From Felis catus (taxonomy: Eukaryota), in NCBI RefSeq assembly GCF_018350175.1, contig NC_058368.1, positions 212,662,001-212,726,000 of the forward strand: a stretch of 64,000 nucleotides of DNA, in the 5' to 3' direction. Made by a program: the position numbers and the translations under genes. Under the pieces are notes generated by a model that was not told the origin of the DNA, did not search any database, and saw only the letters and a program-made list of their open reading frames with translations. Each line of letters starts with the position of its first letter. Position 1 is the stretch's first letter. This document shows, piece by piece, positions 13,915 through 28,089 of this stretch.

Positions 13915-15989
13915 AGTTTCCTAGAATACCCACTCTCTTTCACCTTTCCCTAATACAGGAAGAGCAGGGAAAGGGCAAGCAAGGGATCAACACAATAGCC
14001 AACTAACTTTGAGAAATATTGGGATAAACAAAGAACAATTGATTTCTTAACTATAGGATATTTCATATGCACTATGATTTTCCATGGAAAGGATATAGTA
14101 TGTGGTTGAAAATGAACTCTTTTATGCCATGTGCTGTGCATATGTAGTCTTAATCTCTTTATTTAAGGACTATCCTTTCAGAAACTTTATCTTCAGCTAG
14201 ACTCACCCAGGAAGGTAGGACTGATTTTGTGGAAATGTTCTGAATTGGCTGTAAGAGTAAATTATCTCTTAATAGACACCATCTACCCTCTTCTTAGGGG
14301 AGGCAGTAAAGAAAATTCCAAGTACAAAAAGAGATAAAATCTTTATGGCATTTTCTCTGCTTCCCATAGGGGCCAAATTAGAATTTGCTTTTTACTAATA
14401 CTTGCATCCAAGGCCCTGGCATTCTGGACTTTGAAGACTCAAACTAGAAATTGAACAGTCAAGAAAAATAAACCCTCTTCCAGGGCACCATTTGAGGGAA
14501 ATCTAGCTCCTTATGGTCCCTTTACATTTGTTTTCAGCTAATACAATCCAAGATGTTTTGCTAAGACTGGTCCACCTGCCAGACATTCAGCAGTCTGGAG
14601 ACATTCTCAAGTAGTAGAAGAGGTAATGAAAATAAAAGGGCATGCAAAACATGATGTTTTTCTACATGCTTCTCTTACCATAGACACTTAAAAAAACAAA
14701 AATAAAAAGTAATTACTGAAAGCTATCACAGCACGATTTGCTGAGTCACTAAATTAAGGTGTTTTTTTTAATAGACCTGTTTATTTCTAGAGAACTGTTG
14801 ATTTTTAATAGAGATGTTACTATTTGAGTCCAAATGAGGTTTTTTTGTCCACTTATGTATCCAAAGCTAAGGCTGTGTCAAATAGTAGTTACTATATGTC
14901 AGACACAAAGAAATTGTAAGAAGAAAGACAAAGTTTAAGGGAACTCTAAACTTTATTAGAGCTCCTTTGTTGAAGAATTCATGTGCTGAAAATATTGCAA
15001 AAGAATTTTAAACTTGGTATCAAGATAGATTTCATGCTGGCCCCCCACTTAGTATCTGTGTGAACTGGAATGGGCACTGATTATATCTGATCTCCAATTC
15101 TTTCATGTGGGAATTGAAGGTGATATTCCTTAGGTCATTGTTGGGAGACAAAATGAGATCATGTCTGGGATAATAGTTCTAAATTATCAACTGCTTTTCT
15201 AAACAAGAGGATGACCAAAGAAGGATGCACACTTTCTCTGGAATTATGCCAGTGGCCTTAACATGCTAAGATACCTAAAAAATGAAATCAGCCTTCTTTC
15301 TTCCTTGTCCTCGGAGACTTAAACTTTCTACAAGTAACTCAAAAATTAGCACTTCACTGGAAATGAAATCTGATTTAAGGAGTATCAGCGTTGAGAAAAC
15401 TCTTGGAGGCCAGGGATGTTTCTTCTTTCATAATACTATGAATAATATTCACACGGTTTTAGAAATTACTTCAATATGCCACATCTCTAGACTGCTGGTT
15501 TTTTCTTCTGATTTTCCTAGAAATTATCTTCCCCACATCCCTGCTATGATTTACTCTCTACTGCCTAACCCACATTCTTGGTAGTAACTATCAAGTTAAT
15601 TGCTCTTCCTTCGCATAGAATGCTCTGAGCCCTCTGAGTACCAGCGTTTCATTTAGAAACATGTCAATAGGTCACACATAAAGAAGGAATTTGTCCATAT
15701 CTGAATCATGTAATAACGTCAGAATTAACTTCAGAAATCATCGTATGTAATGGTTTGCAAGACTTTTTATTAGCACAAGCCTTTTATAAAATGAAATCTT
15801 GTGCCATATACAAAATAGACTTGACCAAAACTGCCTTGGATAAAGATGGAGTGAGCTCTAACATATTACTCAGTCTTTTTGTTTCATTGGGGATACTAAG
15901 GTTCTATTATACCGTTTGAACACCACTCTATATAGATCAATCTCCCCTTCCTTCCAGGGTTACAGTCTCTTCTACAATAACCACCAATG

Positions 15990-16520
15990 GTTTGTTCAAC
16001 CTTTCAACATTTCCAGTGATGTTCATCCTCCCAAGGTAGGCCATTCTATTTTTAGAAGCTTTGTTTATTTAGAAATACAAAGTTTATTCTTGTTTTTTTG
16101 GTTTCCTTGTAACTTCTGTTTGTTGAACCTAGAATAAAACTGGATTGTACTGTATTCCATGTATTTGAGTCAATGACCATATTTCTCTGAAAACATTTTT
16201 TTACAAACTAAACGTCCTGATTTTTTTCAACTTTCTCATCATGTGAGAATATGTGGTCCTAATTTCTGTTCAAATCACTTTCCTTTGGGTTTCCTTCAGT
16301 TTGTCAATGTCAGTTTTAATTTGTGTGCCTAGAACTATGAGCAGTAACTTCTATCTTGAATGCAACCATCAACTCTCTCATTTTGAGCATTTCACTTCTG
16401 TTAATATACATGGCCTGATTCGATTTGGAGGAGACTCATGGAGCTTAGTTAACTAAATTCCTGACACCATTCCTGAATGTCCTACTGCAGAATGGTATCT
16501 CTCATATTTTAGACTTATAA
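15990..16520 (-). mobile_element. L3/CR1 LINE fragment
   Basis: ctaaac.tcc..ttt.ttcaac...ctcat...cagtttgtcaatgtc..tt.aa..tgtg.gcc.agaact resembles antisense L3. Confidence 0.5.
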
Positions 16521-18969
16521 AAATTTTTCATGGCTTCACACGGTCATTTTCTTTTACTGTGGCTTATGAAGCCAACCACATGGTTCTGTTAGAAATATGT
16601 CCATGTTCTTATCATTTATAGGATCTAGTTTGTAGGATTTGGTAAATAAATGACTGTATTTTTTGTTCACATTTTATTTGTCAATCACAGAGACACCATC
16701 TTCTTAATTTTCTGTAGATCTTTATTGATATAAATTCTGTTGCAAAAAAGTTGGTCATTATTTTAGATCAGAAATATCTAATCATGACTACTCATTTATA
16801 TCTGACATAAAGAACTTTTCTACTATAGAATTTTTGAGGTTTGAAGAGGGCTGACTGTAAGCCTGAAAAGGTAGGAAACCTGCTAAGTTGATTTTGTTAT
16901 TCTTCAATGGTCCTGAGTCTGTAATTCCAAAAGTCTACCCTCAAACCAAAGGTTTTAGATGAATTTTTAAGCAGCAGAAGATCAGTCTGAATTTTCATTT
17001 TTCCCTAGGAATTTTTTCAACTTTGTGGGTTTTAGCCAGATACGTTGCCTTCCTTGAACATATTTTCATGTGGTTTTATAATATTTATTCAACATTATTT
17101 TCCATTAGTTCTCTATTTTTAATTGTTGGTAGCCATTTCAGTGTGTTACTATTACATGGTGCAGAACTGATTTATCCACGTTAATGTCTGAGGAGACCGT
17201 GACCCATTTTATTTGCTGCATGGTTAGCCCCGGTATTCATGGCAGGTTTTCTGAATATTTCTGATGAAGTCTTTAATCACATGTAATTCTGAAAACACAT
17301 TCCCATTTAGTAAGACTTATACAGGATGGTAAGCCCAACATGGCAAAAGGTTTCTAAAAAATTCCATAAACATTAAGCATATTTATGTCATAGCATTAAG
17401 TTTGGTCAATTTGAAACTTACTGTATTGTAGTATAAGAGACATTTTGTTTGCTTGTGTTTACTTTCCCAGGAGTAAATGCGTTTTGGTTAACCACAATGG
17501 CAAACTTAGTCAAGACATTTATGTCAACAAATCCTACTGCTTAACAAAGTCACATTCTTAGTTTCTAGGACAGCAGACTGGATTCTAAGTAATAAGGTGT
17601 TTATAAGGCATGCTGTAAATCTGGGACTATAAACATGTCTACTTTTCTGTTAAACCTGCTGCTGTGCATGAGGTACAATAAGCTCTCTTTTCAGTTTTAT
17701 GGTGGCCAGTATGTTGGCTTCCCAATCCTGATTGCTGTTGATTCTGCTGTTCTCAAAGCCTCCTGCCAAGCTCTTGACCCAAGTCACGCTCCTGGTGATG
17801 TCATGATGCCACTAAGAATTTGCTCATTCACTGTACCTGAGAGTCACATACCTTCTCTATTAGTCACACACTACTTGGAGAATGACATTGTGAAAAAAAG
17901 CAGGTCTCTCCTTCCCCTATTTCAAAGGCATCACATTTTTAGGTCTTTCATAATGAGCTTATAGATATAGTAAGATGATTATTGTTTTTACAGAAATTAT
18001 TTTTAACAAGGATTTTTCTCAAGAGTTAACAATACTACTTTTGTTGTTTTGACAAGAAACAAGATTTTGTCTGCATTTATAAGTACAATTTATTCCAATT
18101 CAACATATATGCATGAAACACAGTGCCTGCTATTTGAGATTATCTCGAATAATCTGTTATTAATGCCAAATATCTGTAGGAAAAGAAGAGAAACTGGTAG
18201 TAGATCTGGGTATTTAAATTACATCATGTCAAATATATCTATATGGAAAAATCTGATCACCTAAGTTCTTCACTTTTCACCCAAATACTATTTATATAGA
18301 TACACCTTGCATCTTGCCTTACTTCACACTTTGATTCCCTGACCCAAATTACTCATAGATTAATGTTCCAGAGATCCTGTTAAATCAAATATTAAAAACA
18401 AAGACAAACAAAACCTCAACAAAAAATTTCTTAAAATCAGCTGGCTTTGAGCTCAGTCCTAAGCAAATAGCTCTTGTATTTGTATACTTTTTGTTCTAAG
18501 ATAACATCAGTGTTTTAACCAGGCATGAACAATGACTCAATACAAATGACTAAAAGCCACAAGTTAATTTCTCATGGACTATGATGGACTTGGAGCTTAT
18601 GCTCTATCTTTGATATGTCAGAGTGTTTCCTCCGACATTTCATTTAATAAATGAGGTGTTTTTTTGGTAGAAAATTTTCTTCTGCTACCTTCAGGAAGAA
18701 ACTCCATCAGTAACTCTTTAACCAAACATTAGAGGCTATTTCTGGAAAGTTCTTTGAGTTACTTTGTCCACAATTATACCTACATATTTGACATTCAGAT
18801 TTGACAGTTAACATGAATTAGGCAAAAATCATTTTCTTAAACAGTTTTTCAAATTTCAGTGATATACAGACATTTTGCAAAAGAAAAAAGTCCTTGTAGA
18901 TCCCGCTGTTAAATTATTTTTATCATGATGTTAATTAAATGGAAGATGATTTTATACTATAAAATGTAA

Positions 18970-20330
<1,361 letters not shown>

Positions 20331-20610
20331 TGCCCCCCCAAAGAAGCTAAACAAATGTAAAAACACAAATAAACTCATGACATCCATAAAATTCAATATT
20401 AATTTAACATGTTACATAGTTGCTTTAATTATACAAAACTACTATTTGTACTGTGATTATGCTTTTTAATATCACTGCACTATAAGCTTCATAAAGACAG
20501 ACCCATGTCTGGGTTTTTTCACCATTTTGAATTCTTAGAAAACATTTGGGGAGGAAATGAATTAATGATCATTGTTAATATGGGCAACTTTTAACATATT
20601 GAGCAGAACA

Positions 20611-20798
20611 GGGGGTGCTTGGGTGGCTGAGTTGGTTAGCATCCAATTCTTAATATAAGCTTAGATCATGATCTCATAGTTCATGAGATTGAGCCCCGTA
20701 TCATGCTCTGCACTGGACCTGAGTCCGCTTGGGATTCTCTCTCTTGGTCTCTCTCTGACCCCCCTTTTCTCTCTCAATAAATAAATAAACTTAAAAAA
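20611..20798 (+). mobile_element. CanSINE (SINEC), tail abutting L1 sequence
   Basis: gggggtgcttgggtggct head, CT tract and aataaataaa tail. No TSD seen. Confidence 0.9.
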
Positions 20799-20980
20799 AT
20801 CCACAACAAACAAAACTACAGGACCATATGGCTTCCTGGGTGAATTCTACCAAACATTTAAAGAAGAAATAATACCTATTCTCCTCAAACTACTCCAAAA
20901 CATAAGAAAAAAAGTAAAATTTCCAAATTCATTCTATGAGGCCTGCATTACCCTGAAATCAAACCAGGCAAAGACCCTAC

Positions 20981-21008
20981 CAGAAAAGAAAAGAAAAGAA
21001 AAGAAAAG

Positions 21009-21039
<31 letters not shown>

Positions 21040-21068
21040 GAAAAGAAAAGAAAAAGAAAAAAAGAAAA
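20981..21068. repeat. (AGAAA)n pentanucleotide repeat inside L1
   Basis: Direct read. Confidence 0.95.
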
Positions 21069-21479
21069 CCCCAGAAAACTACAGGCCAATAAAATATTAG
21101 CAAACTGGATTCAACAATACATTTAACACATTTAACAACAATACATTTACCACAGTCAATTGGGATTTATTCCAGGGATGCAAGTATGGTTCAATATTTG
21201 CAATTCAATCAATGGAATACAGGTGATACAATGTGATACAACCAGGAATAATTTTAATGAAGACGGGGAAAGACCTATTCTCTGGAAACTCATAAGACAT
21301 TGATGAAAAAAAATTGAAGATGATACAAACAAATATACCCTGCTCATACTACCCAAAGCAGTCTGTAGATTCAATGCAATTCCTATCAAAATACCAATAC
21401 CATTTTTCACAGAAGTAAAACAAATAAACCTACAGTTTGAACAGAACCACAAAAGACCCTGAAAAGCCAAAACAATCTT

Positions 21480-21592
21480 CTAAAAATTTTTATATATTTA
21501 TTTAAGTAATCTCTACATCCAAAATGGGGCTCAAACTCAAGACTCCAGGATCAAGAGTCTCATGCTCTTCCAACCAAGCCAGCTGACACCCA
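21480..21592 (-). mobile_element. Short, older CanSINE-type element nested in L1
   Basis: tttatttaagtaatctctac...ggggctcaaactcaagact.c.ggatcaagagtc. TSD gccaaa(a/g)caatctt at 21466 and 21593. Confidence 0.75.
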
Positions 21593-22249
21593 GCCAAAGC
21601 AATCTTAAGAGAAAAGAACAAAATAGGTTTCAAGATATACTACAAAGCTGTAGTAATCAAAACAGTATGGTACTAGCGCAAAAATAGATATGTAGATCAA
21701 CAGAAACAGGATAGACAGCCCAGAAACAAACCCATGCTTTTATGGTCAGTTAATTTATGACAAAAGAGCCATGAATATGCAATAGAGGAAAGAGTCTGTT
21801 CAATAAACGGTGCTGGGAAAACTGGAAAGCTACCTGCAAAAAAATGAAACTGGACCACTTTCTTTACACACAAAATAAAACAAAAAATGGATTAAAGTCC
21901 TAAATGTGAAACCTGAAATCATAAAACTTCTAAAGGAAAACATGGGCAGTAATGTCTTAGACATTGGCCTTGGAAACATATTTATGGATATATTTCCTCA
22001 GACAAGGAAAACAAAAGCAAAACTAAACTACCAGGACTATACCAAAATAAAAGTCTTTTGCACAGCAAAGGAAACCACCATAAAACAAAAAGCCAACCTA
22101 CTGAATGGGAAAAGATATTTTCAAATGATATATCAGATAAGGAGTTAATATTCAAAATATAAAAAGAACTTATTCAACACCAAAAAAAAAATCCAATTAA
22201 AAAATGGGCAGACAACCTGAATGGGCACTTACCCAAAAAGGACATACAC

Positions 22250-24202
22250 AATCAAGTGGGATTTATTCCTCAGATGAAAGGGTGGTTCAATACTCACAAG
22301 TCAATCATCATGATACACCACATTAATAAAAGACTAACAACCAGATGATCATTTCAATAGATGCAGAAAAAGCATTTGACAAAGTACAACATCCATTCAT
22401 GATAACCCTCAATAAAGTAGGTTTATAGGGACATATCCCAACATTTTAAGGCCATATATGAACAAACCACAGCTCATATCATCCTCAAGGGGAAAAAATG
22501 AGAGCTTTTCCTCTATGGTCAGGAACAAGACAGGGATGTCCATTCTCACCACTGTTATTTAACATAGTACTTAAAGTCCTAACCACAGCAATCAGATGAC
22601 AAAAAGAAATAAAAGGCATCCAGATCCGCAAGGAAGAAGTCAAACTTTCACTCTTTGCAGATAACATGATACTCTATATAGAAAACCCAAAAGAATCCAC
22701 CAAAAAACTAGTAGAGCTGATACACAAATTCAGTAAAGTCTCAGGATACACAATCCATGTACAGAAATCTGCTGCATGTCTATACACCAAAATGAAGCAG
22801 CAGAAAGAGAAATTAAGGAATCAATCCCATTTACAATTGCACCAAAAACAATAACATACCTAGGAATAAACCTAACCAAAGAGGTGAAAGACCTGTACTC
22901 TGAAAACTATAAAATGCTGGTGAAAGAAATTGAAGAAGACACAAAGAAATGGGAAAACACTCGATGTTCATGGATTGGAAGGACAAATACTGTTATAAAA
23001 TGTCTATACTACCCAAAACAATCGACACATTTAATGAAATCCCTATCAAAATACCAACAGCATTTTTCACAGAAGTATAACAAACAATCCTAAAATTTGT
23101 ATGGAACCACAAAAGACCCCAAATAGCCAAAGCAACCTTGAAGCAAAGCAAAGCGGGATGCATCACAATTCCAGACTTCAAGGTATATTTCAAGGCTGTA
23201 GTGGTCAAAACGGTATGGTACTGGCACATATATCAATAGAATGGAATTGAAAGCCCAGAAATGAATCCATAACTAAATTGTCAATTAATCTTTGACAAAG
23301 CAGGAAAGAATATCCACTGGGAAAAAGACAGTCTCTTCAACAAATGATGTTGGGAAAACTGGACAGCTGCATGCAAAATAATGAAACTGGACAACTTTCT
23401 TATACCATACACAAAAACAAATTCAAAATGGATTGAAGACCTAAATGTGAACCATGAAAATCCTAGAAAAAAACACAGGCAGTAACTTCTTTGATATTGG
23501 CCGAAGCAACTTCTTCTAGATATATCTCCTGAGGCAAGGGAAACAAAAACAAAAATAAAAAGCTTCATCAAAATAAAAAGCTTCTGCACAGCAAGGGAAG
23601 CAATCAACAAAACTAAAAGACAACCTATGGAATGGGAGAAGATATTTCCAAATGACATGTCTTATAAAGGGTTAGTATCCAAAATATATAAAGAACTTAT
23701 CAAATTCAACACTCAAAAATAAATTATCCAGTTAAGAAATGGGCAAAACACATGAATACATGAATAGACACTTTTCCAAAGAAGATATCCAGATGGCTAA
23801 CAGACACATGAGAAGATTTTCATCATCACTTACCATCTGGGAAATACAAATCAATACAACAATGAGATATCACTTCACACCAGTCAGAATGGCTAAAATG
23901 AACAATACAAGAAACAATAGGTGCTGGCGAGGATGTGGAGAAAGGGTAACCCGCTTCACTGTTGGTGGGAATGCAAACTGATGCAGCCACTCTGGAAAAC
24001 AGTATGGAGGTTCCTCAAAATGTTAAACATAGAACTACCCTATAATCCAGCAAGTGCACTACTAGGTATTTACCCAAAGAATACAAAAATACTAGTTCAA
24101 AGGGACACATGTACCCTAATGTTAATAGCAGCATTATCTACAATAGCCAAATTATAGAAACAGCCCAAATATCCATCAATGATGAATAAATGAAGAAGAT
24201 GT
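22250..24202 (+). mobile_element. L1 ORF2 fragment B (carnivore L1-like; RT to C-terminal region), no poly-A tail
   Basis: RT motif LFADNMILY (canonical FADD) at about 22651; [12 protein letters not shown]...YLGINLTKEVKDLY; C-terminal [20 protein letters not shown]; multiple stops. Confidence 0.92.
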
Positions 24203-26454
24203 TCTTTTTCTATGGCCAAATAAACTAGACATATGAGAAGACTGGTAATCTAGACCCTAATATCCCTCCTACTGGATGCTAAGAAAGGATAAGGTCATTT
24301 TAGTTTGCATTAATAAAACCAGTTAGTGATGGACATTACACTTCATTTTTTTAGCCCTGATATAGCCAGAAGCTTTCTTTCACATACTGCAATCTTTGTC
24401 CACCACCCCAACATACAGAAAAGAGTTCTTCTAAAACTTCGGTCATTATGTTTTCTCCTAATGCAGATTCTATTAATGGAAATTAAAACCAACAAGGCAA
24501 AAACTAAAAAAAAATCTAAAGTACTTCCTCATTGAAAACACCTCACATGAACCTTCTGTATCATTTATGGACATATCTAAAGGTAGCCCCTTTCAGCTGC
24601 CAATTATTTTCAAGGCAAATAAGATTTCTGATAACAAGCACTATAGTGGATCTGTTTGCTTCTTCATGTCAGCCTTTTCCATCACTGTGGCCTTGCTAAG
24701 GGTTGTGGCCATGTAGCATATGGCCTCTGATGTAATACTCTTGGGCCAACACAATCTTTGTTCTTCTCCAAAAGGTTATGTTGTAAAAACTCAGCATCCC
24801 CACACATTGCTAAAACAGGCTACCTAGCTTTGAGAGAAATAATTTTTTTTAGCATACATTCTGGGCAACTTGGCACTGCACTTTTTCCATAAAAAAAAAA
24901 GAGTGAAGAATATGCAGAAATACAATGTGGCCACATTAACTGCTGCATATTTTATTTAGTAACTCATGGCTCTCCAAGAGAATGTAGATGCAGAGGTTTC
25001 CACCTTCAGTTTTGTAATATCAGCTTACATCTTCCCCACTGCCAGAAGATTTCTTTTCCTTTCAACAGATACTGGCTTCCTGCCCAAATTTTTTAACTTA
25101 AATTTGTTTGCTAGAAATCTAAATATGTCTTTTTAACTAGAGAATACTAATCACATCTCTATTTCTTCTAAATGGTGTGAAATAGCTATTTCACTGCACT
25201 GTCTTGCAATTTTGTTCTCAGAGTTTATTAGGACATTTGCCTCCACCCTAATGCCTCTAGGCCACCTGTTTTGTTTTTTCTTTGTGTGTAATATTTTGTT
25301 TTCTCTTCCATCCGTGTCAATGTTATTTGGCATTGCAGGTTGCCCAAATTGTCCTTGACTTTACAAAAGCCCTCTTTTTTGCAACCTCTGTTGTTTTTAT
25401 TTTACTTTCAATGTATCCCTGGGTTAGAAGTCAGATTACTTGCCTTATTAAAATTCTATATGAAATAGAAGTTCACTGTGACTGCATATCAGAAGGTCTC
25501 TTCAGTAGAGATGAGAGCCAGAGTTTGTACTACTGGAAGCCATTTCAATAGGTCACAAGTCTTTTCCCTTCTTTTCAGGTACTTGTTAGTATAGCTAGAG
25601 AGGAAAGATGGCTGAAAAATGAGTCACTATAATAATAGAATTAGTAAGAAATCAGGATATGGAAAACTAGCAGCCCCAGCACTAGTTATGTGGTAATGTC
25701 ATAGACCTTCATGAATGTCCAAGTAGATTCCCTTTATATCCTCTCTTGGCAAATGCCAAAAGGTATGAATTGGAAGCCACACTAAAAAGCTCTGTAAGCT
25801 AGCTGCAGCCCTCTAAGTCCAATAGAACGGACAGAGATTTCATTCTTGAGTGTTATATTGCCAAGAATGCCTGTTGAATTGCAAATATCTCTGGAGGTGA
25901 TATCCCATTTAGCTAATCAGCTGTCAATATCTAACTATGAAATCGTTCTCTGATTAGGTACCATACAAAGCCCTGATAGGACACAAGGCTGGTAAATTCT
26001 GAAAGAGAGGAGGTGGTGCTTGACAGCCAGTTTGAGGGTTCTGGTGCCTGGAAATGGAAAGATGAAGAGGGAGAAATCCAACAAAGAGAAAGAAAGGGAA
26101 AGAAAGCATTGCGCAACTTCACTTCCCTCATGATTTTGCTAAAGAGAGCACCAGATCTATAGATACTTCTGTTATGATCCCATTCTAAAGTTATATGGAA
26201 GAAAAGTCATATTCAATCCTTATCAGTCTTATTAAAAACAAAAATTTCTCCCTCTTCGGCATTTTCCTGAGTCTTTATAAGTTTGTGAAACTCATCCAAA
26301 CATAACTTCAAACGAAAAATACCTCAAAACATAGATTCCCTGGGGGGTAGGCTACCTTTTTGAAAGGGCTCCGAGGTAAAGCAGTACTTCATATATTATA
26401 TATGAAGTATATTTTTATACTTGTTTAAGTAAATAGAAAAAAATTTGCTCAGCA

Positions 26455-26818
26455 GAGACTGACGAGATACTCACCAAATCTGTTTATTCTTCCTAGGCAC
26501 ATGGCTAAATTACATTTACCAATCCTTTAACATTCTAGACTATATAACTAATTCTTACTCATGAAATGAATAGAAATGAAAAAAATTTAGAATGTAACTT
26601 TTTCATATTTGTTTTCTCTTATTTCTATCTGTTGGCTGGATCACGCTAAGGCGACCTAAAGAAGACACAAATTGAAAGTAATATGACCACAGCATGGGGA
26701 GAGCAGAGCCCCACTTCTGACCCTCATTGGGTTATGAGTGAGAAATAAAGCTTTGTTGGGTCAAATACTAATATTTGGGGTTTATTCAGGAGCTAGTATT
26801 ATTTAATCCTGACTCACA
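26455..26818 (+). mobile_element. Old MaLR LTR (MLT1I/J-like)
   Basis: ttcttcct.ggcacatggcta.attacattt.cca...gagtgagaaataaagctttgtt...tttgggg...gctag...cctgact.aca. Confidence 0.5.
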
Positions 26819-26844
26819 AAGCTGTTTAAGAAAACAGAGAAAAC

Positions 26845-26972
26845 GGGAGTGCATCCAACTTTAGCTCAGGTCATGATCTTGTGATCCATGAGTTTAAGCC
26901 CCACATCGGGCTCTGTGCTGACAGCTCAGACCCTGGAGCCTGCTTTGGATTCTGTGTCTCCCTCTCTCTCTG

Positions 26973-27069
<97 letters not shown>

Positions 27070-27088
27070 AATAAATGAACATTAAAAG
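26845..27088 (+). mobile_element. CanSINE with a shortened head and expanded (CT)n tract
   Basis: ctcaggtcatgatct..gctgacagctcagaccctggagcc, about 85 nt of CT repeat. TSD agagaaaac on both sides. Confidence 0.92.
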
Positions 27089-27241
27089 AGAGAGAAAACA
27101 TACATCATATTTGGGTAAAACATAGGACTCCCCTCATTCGTGGATAGGTGGGCCAAAATCACAATGTGTGATAGGCCAATTTAGTAAGCTCTGATTTCTC
27201 AACCTTCAGTATCAATAGTCTCAAACAGAACTCCAAGGGCT

Positions 27242-27463
27242 GGGGCGCCTGGGTGGCTCAGTTGGTTAAGCGTCTGACTCTTGGTTTCGGCTCAGGTCAT
27301 GATCTCATGGTTTGTGAGTTCAAGCCCCACATCGGGCTCTGTGCTGACAGTGTGGAGCCTGATTGGGATTCTCTCTCTCCCTCTCTCTCTGTCCCTCCCT
27401 GATTCTCTCTCTCTCAATAATAAATAAATTTAAAAAACAAAATTGAAAAAAACAAAAAAAAAA
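27242..27463 (+). mobile_element. CanSINE (SINEC)
   Basis: ggggcgcctgggtggctcag head. TSD gaactccaagggc at 27228-27240 and 27465-27477. Confidence 0.95.
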
Positions 27464-27569
27464 GGAACTCCAAGGGCCGAACCAGGGAAGAAGCTAGGAT
27501 TAACACTACACAATGAAAGATCTGTATATTGTGGGTAACACAGGAACAGCATTAGTCATAAGAATCAAG

Positions 27570-27815
27570 GTTCAAGTGGAGATGCATATAGCTTGAATTG
27601 TGGTCATGCTGCTTATTAATTATTTTATCCTGGGCATGTTGTTTAGCACCTCTGTGCCTTAATTTTCTCTGTAAAATGGGAAAAAAAATAGTAATGATGG
27701 TACTAATAGTACTGTTTACCAACCTTGAATGGGAAGGTTAACTGACTGATATATGCTAAATACTTATAATAGGGCATGGCACAGAGAAAATACTATATGA
27801 ATGTTTGCTACTAGT
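27570..27815 (+). mobile_element. MIR SINE
   Basis: ctgggca.gttgttta.cacctctgtgcctt.attt..ctctgtaaaatggg...catggcacaga..aa.tact. Confidence 0.65.
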
Positions 27816-28089
27816 ATTAATTAGCTGAATGGCCCTGAGAACTTATATATTTCTGAATATTAATTTTTGTGTCTTAAAAGGAAAGCTAGTAAAACCACTC
27901 TGTAATTGATAAAGGGGGAGGTAATACTATAGTACTTTGGTAGATTATTAATTAATGACCCCCAATGACTTACAATTTTGGTATCCCATTGACTCTGGGT
28001 TTGGCCATGTGACTTCCTTTGCTTAATGAGATATCAGCAGATGTGACACAAGCAAAGGCAAAATAAATATTTATATATCGTGGCTTGCT

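Larger units (their letters stand above)
20800..22249 (+). mobile_element. L1 ORF2 fragment A, internally deleted, with an (AGAAA)n expansion and a SINE insertion
   Basis: ggacca.atggcttc...tgaattctaccaaacatttaaagaagaa; aaaactacaggccaat; ggtgctgggaaaactgg; many stops and frameshifts. Confidence 0.9.

Noticed and set aside
22250..24202. L1 reverse transcriptase as an active or domesticated gene
   Set aside because: The FADD motif is mutated to FADN, there are many stops and frameshifts, and the 5' end and tail are missing.
26871..27101. RE-repeat and LS-repeat ORFs, and the recurring MAQSV..PTSAQVMIS ORFs elsewhere in the window
   Set aside because: These are translations of CanSINE bodies and their (CT)n tracts, not proteins.
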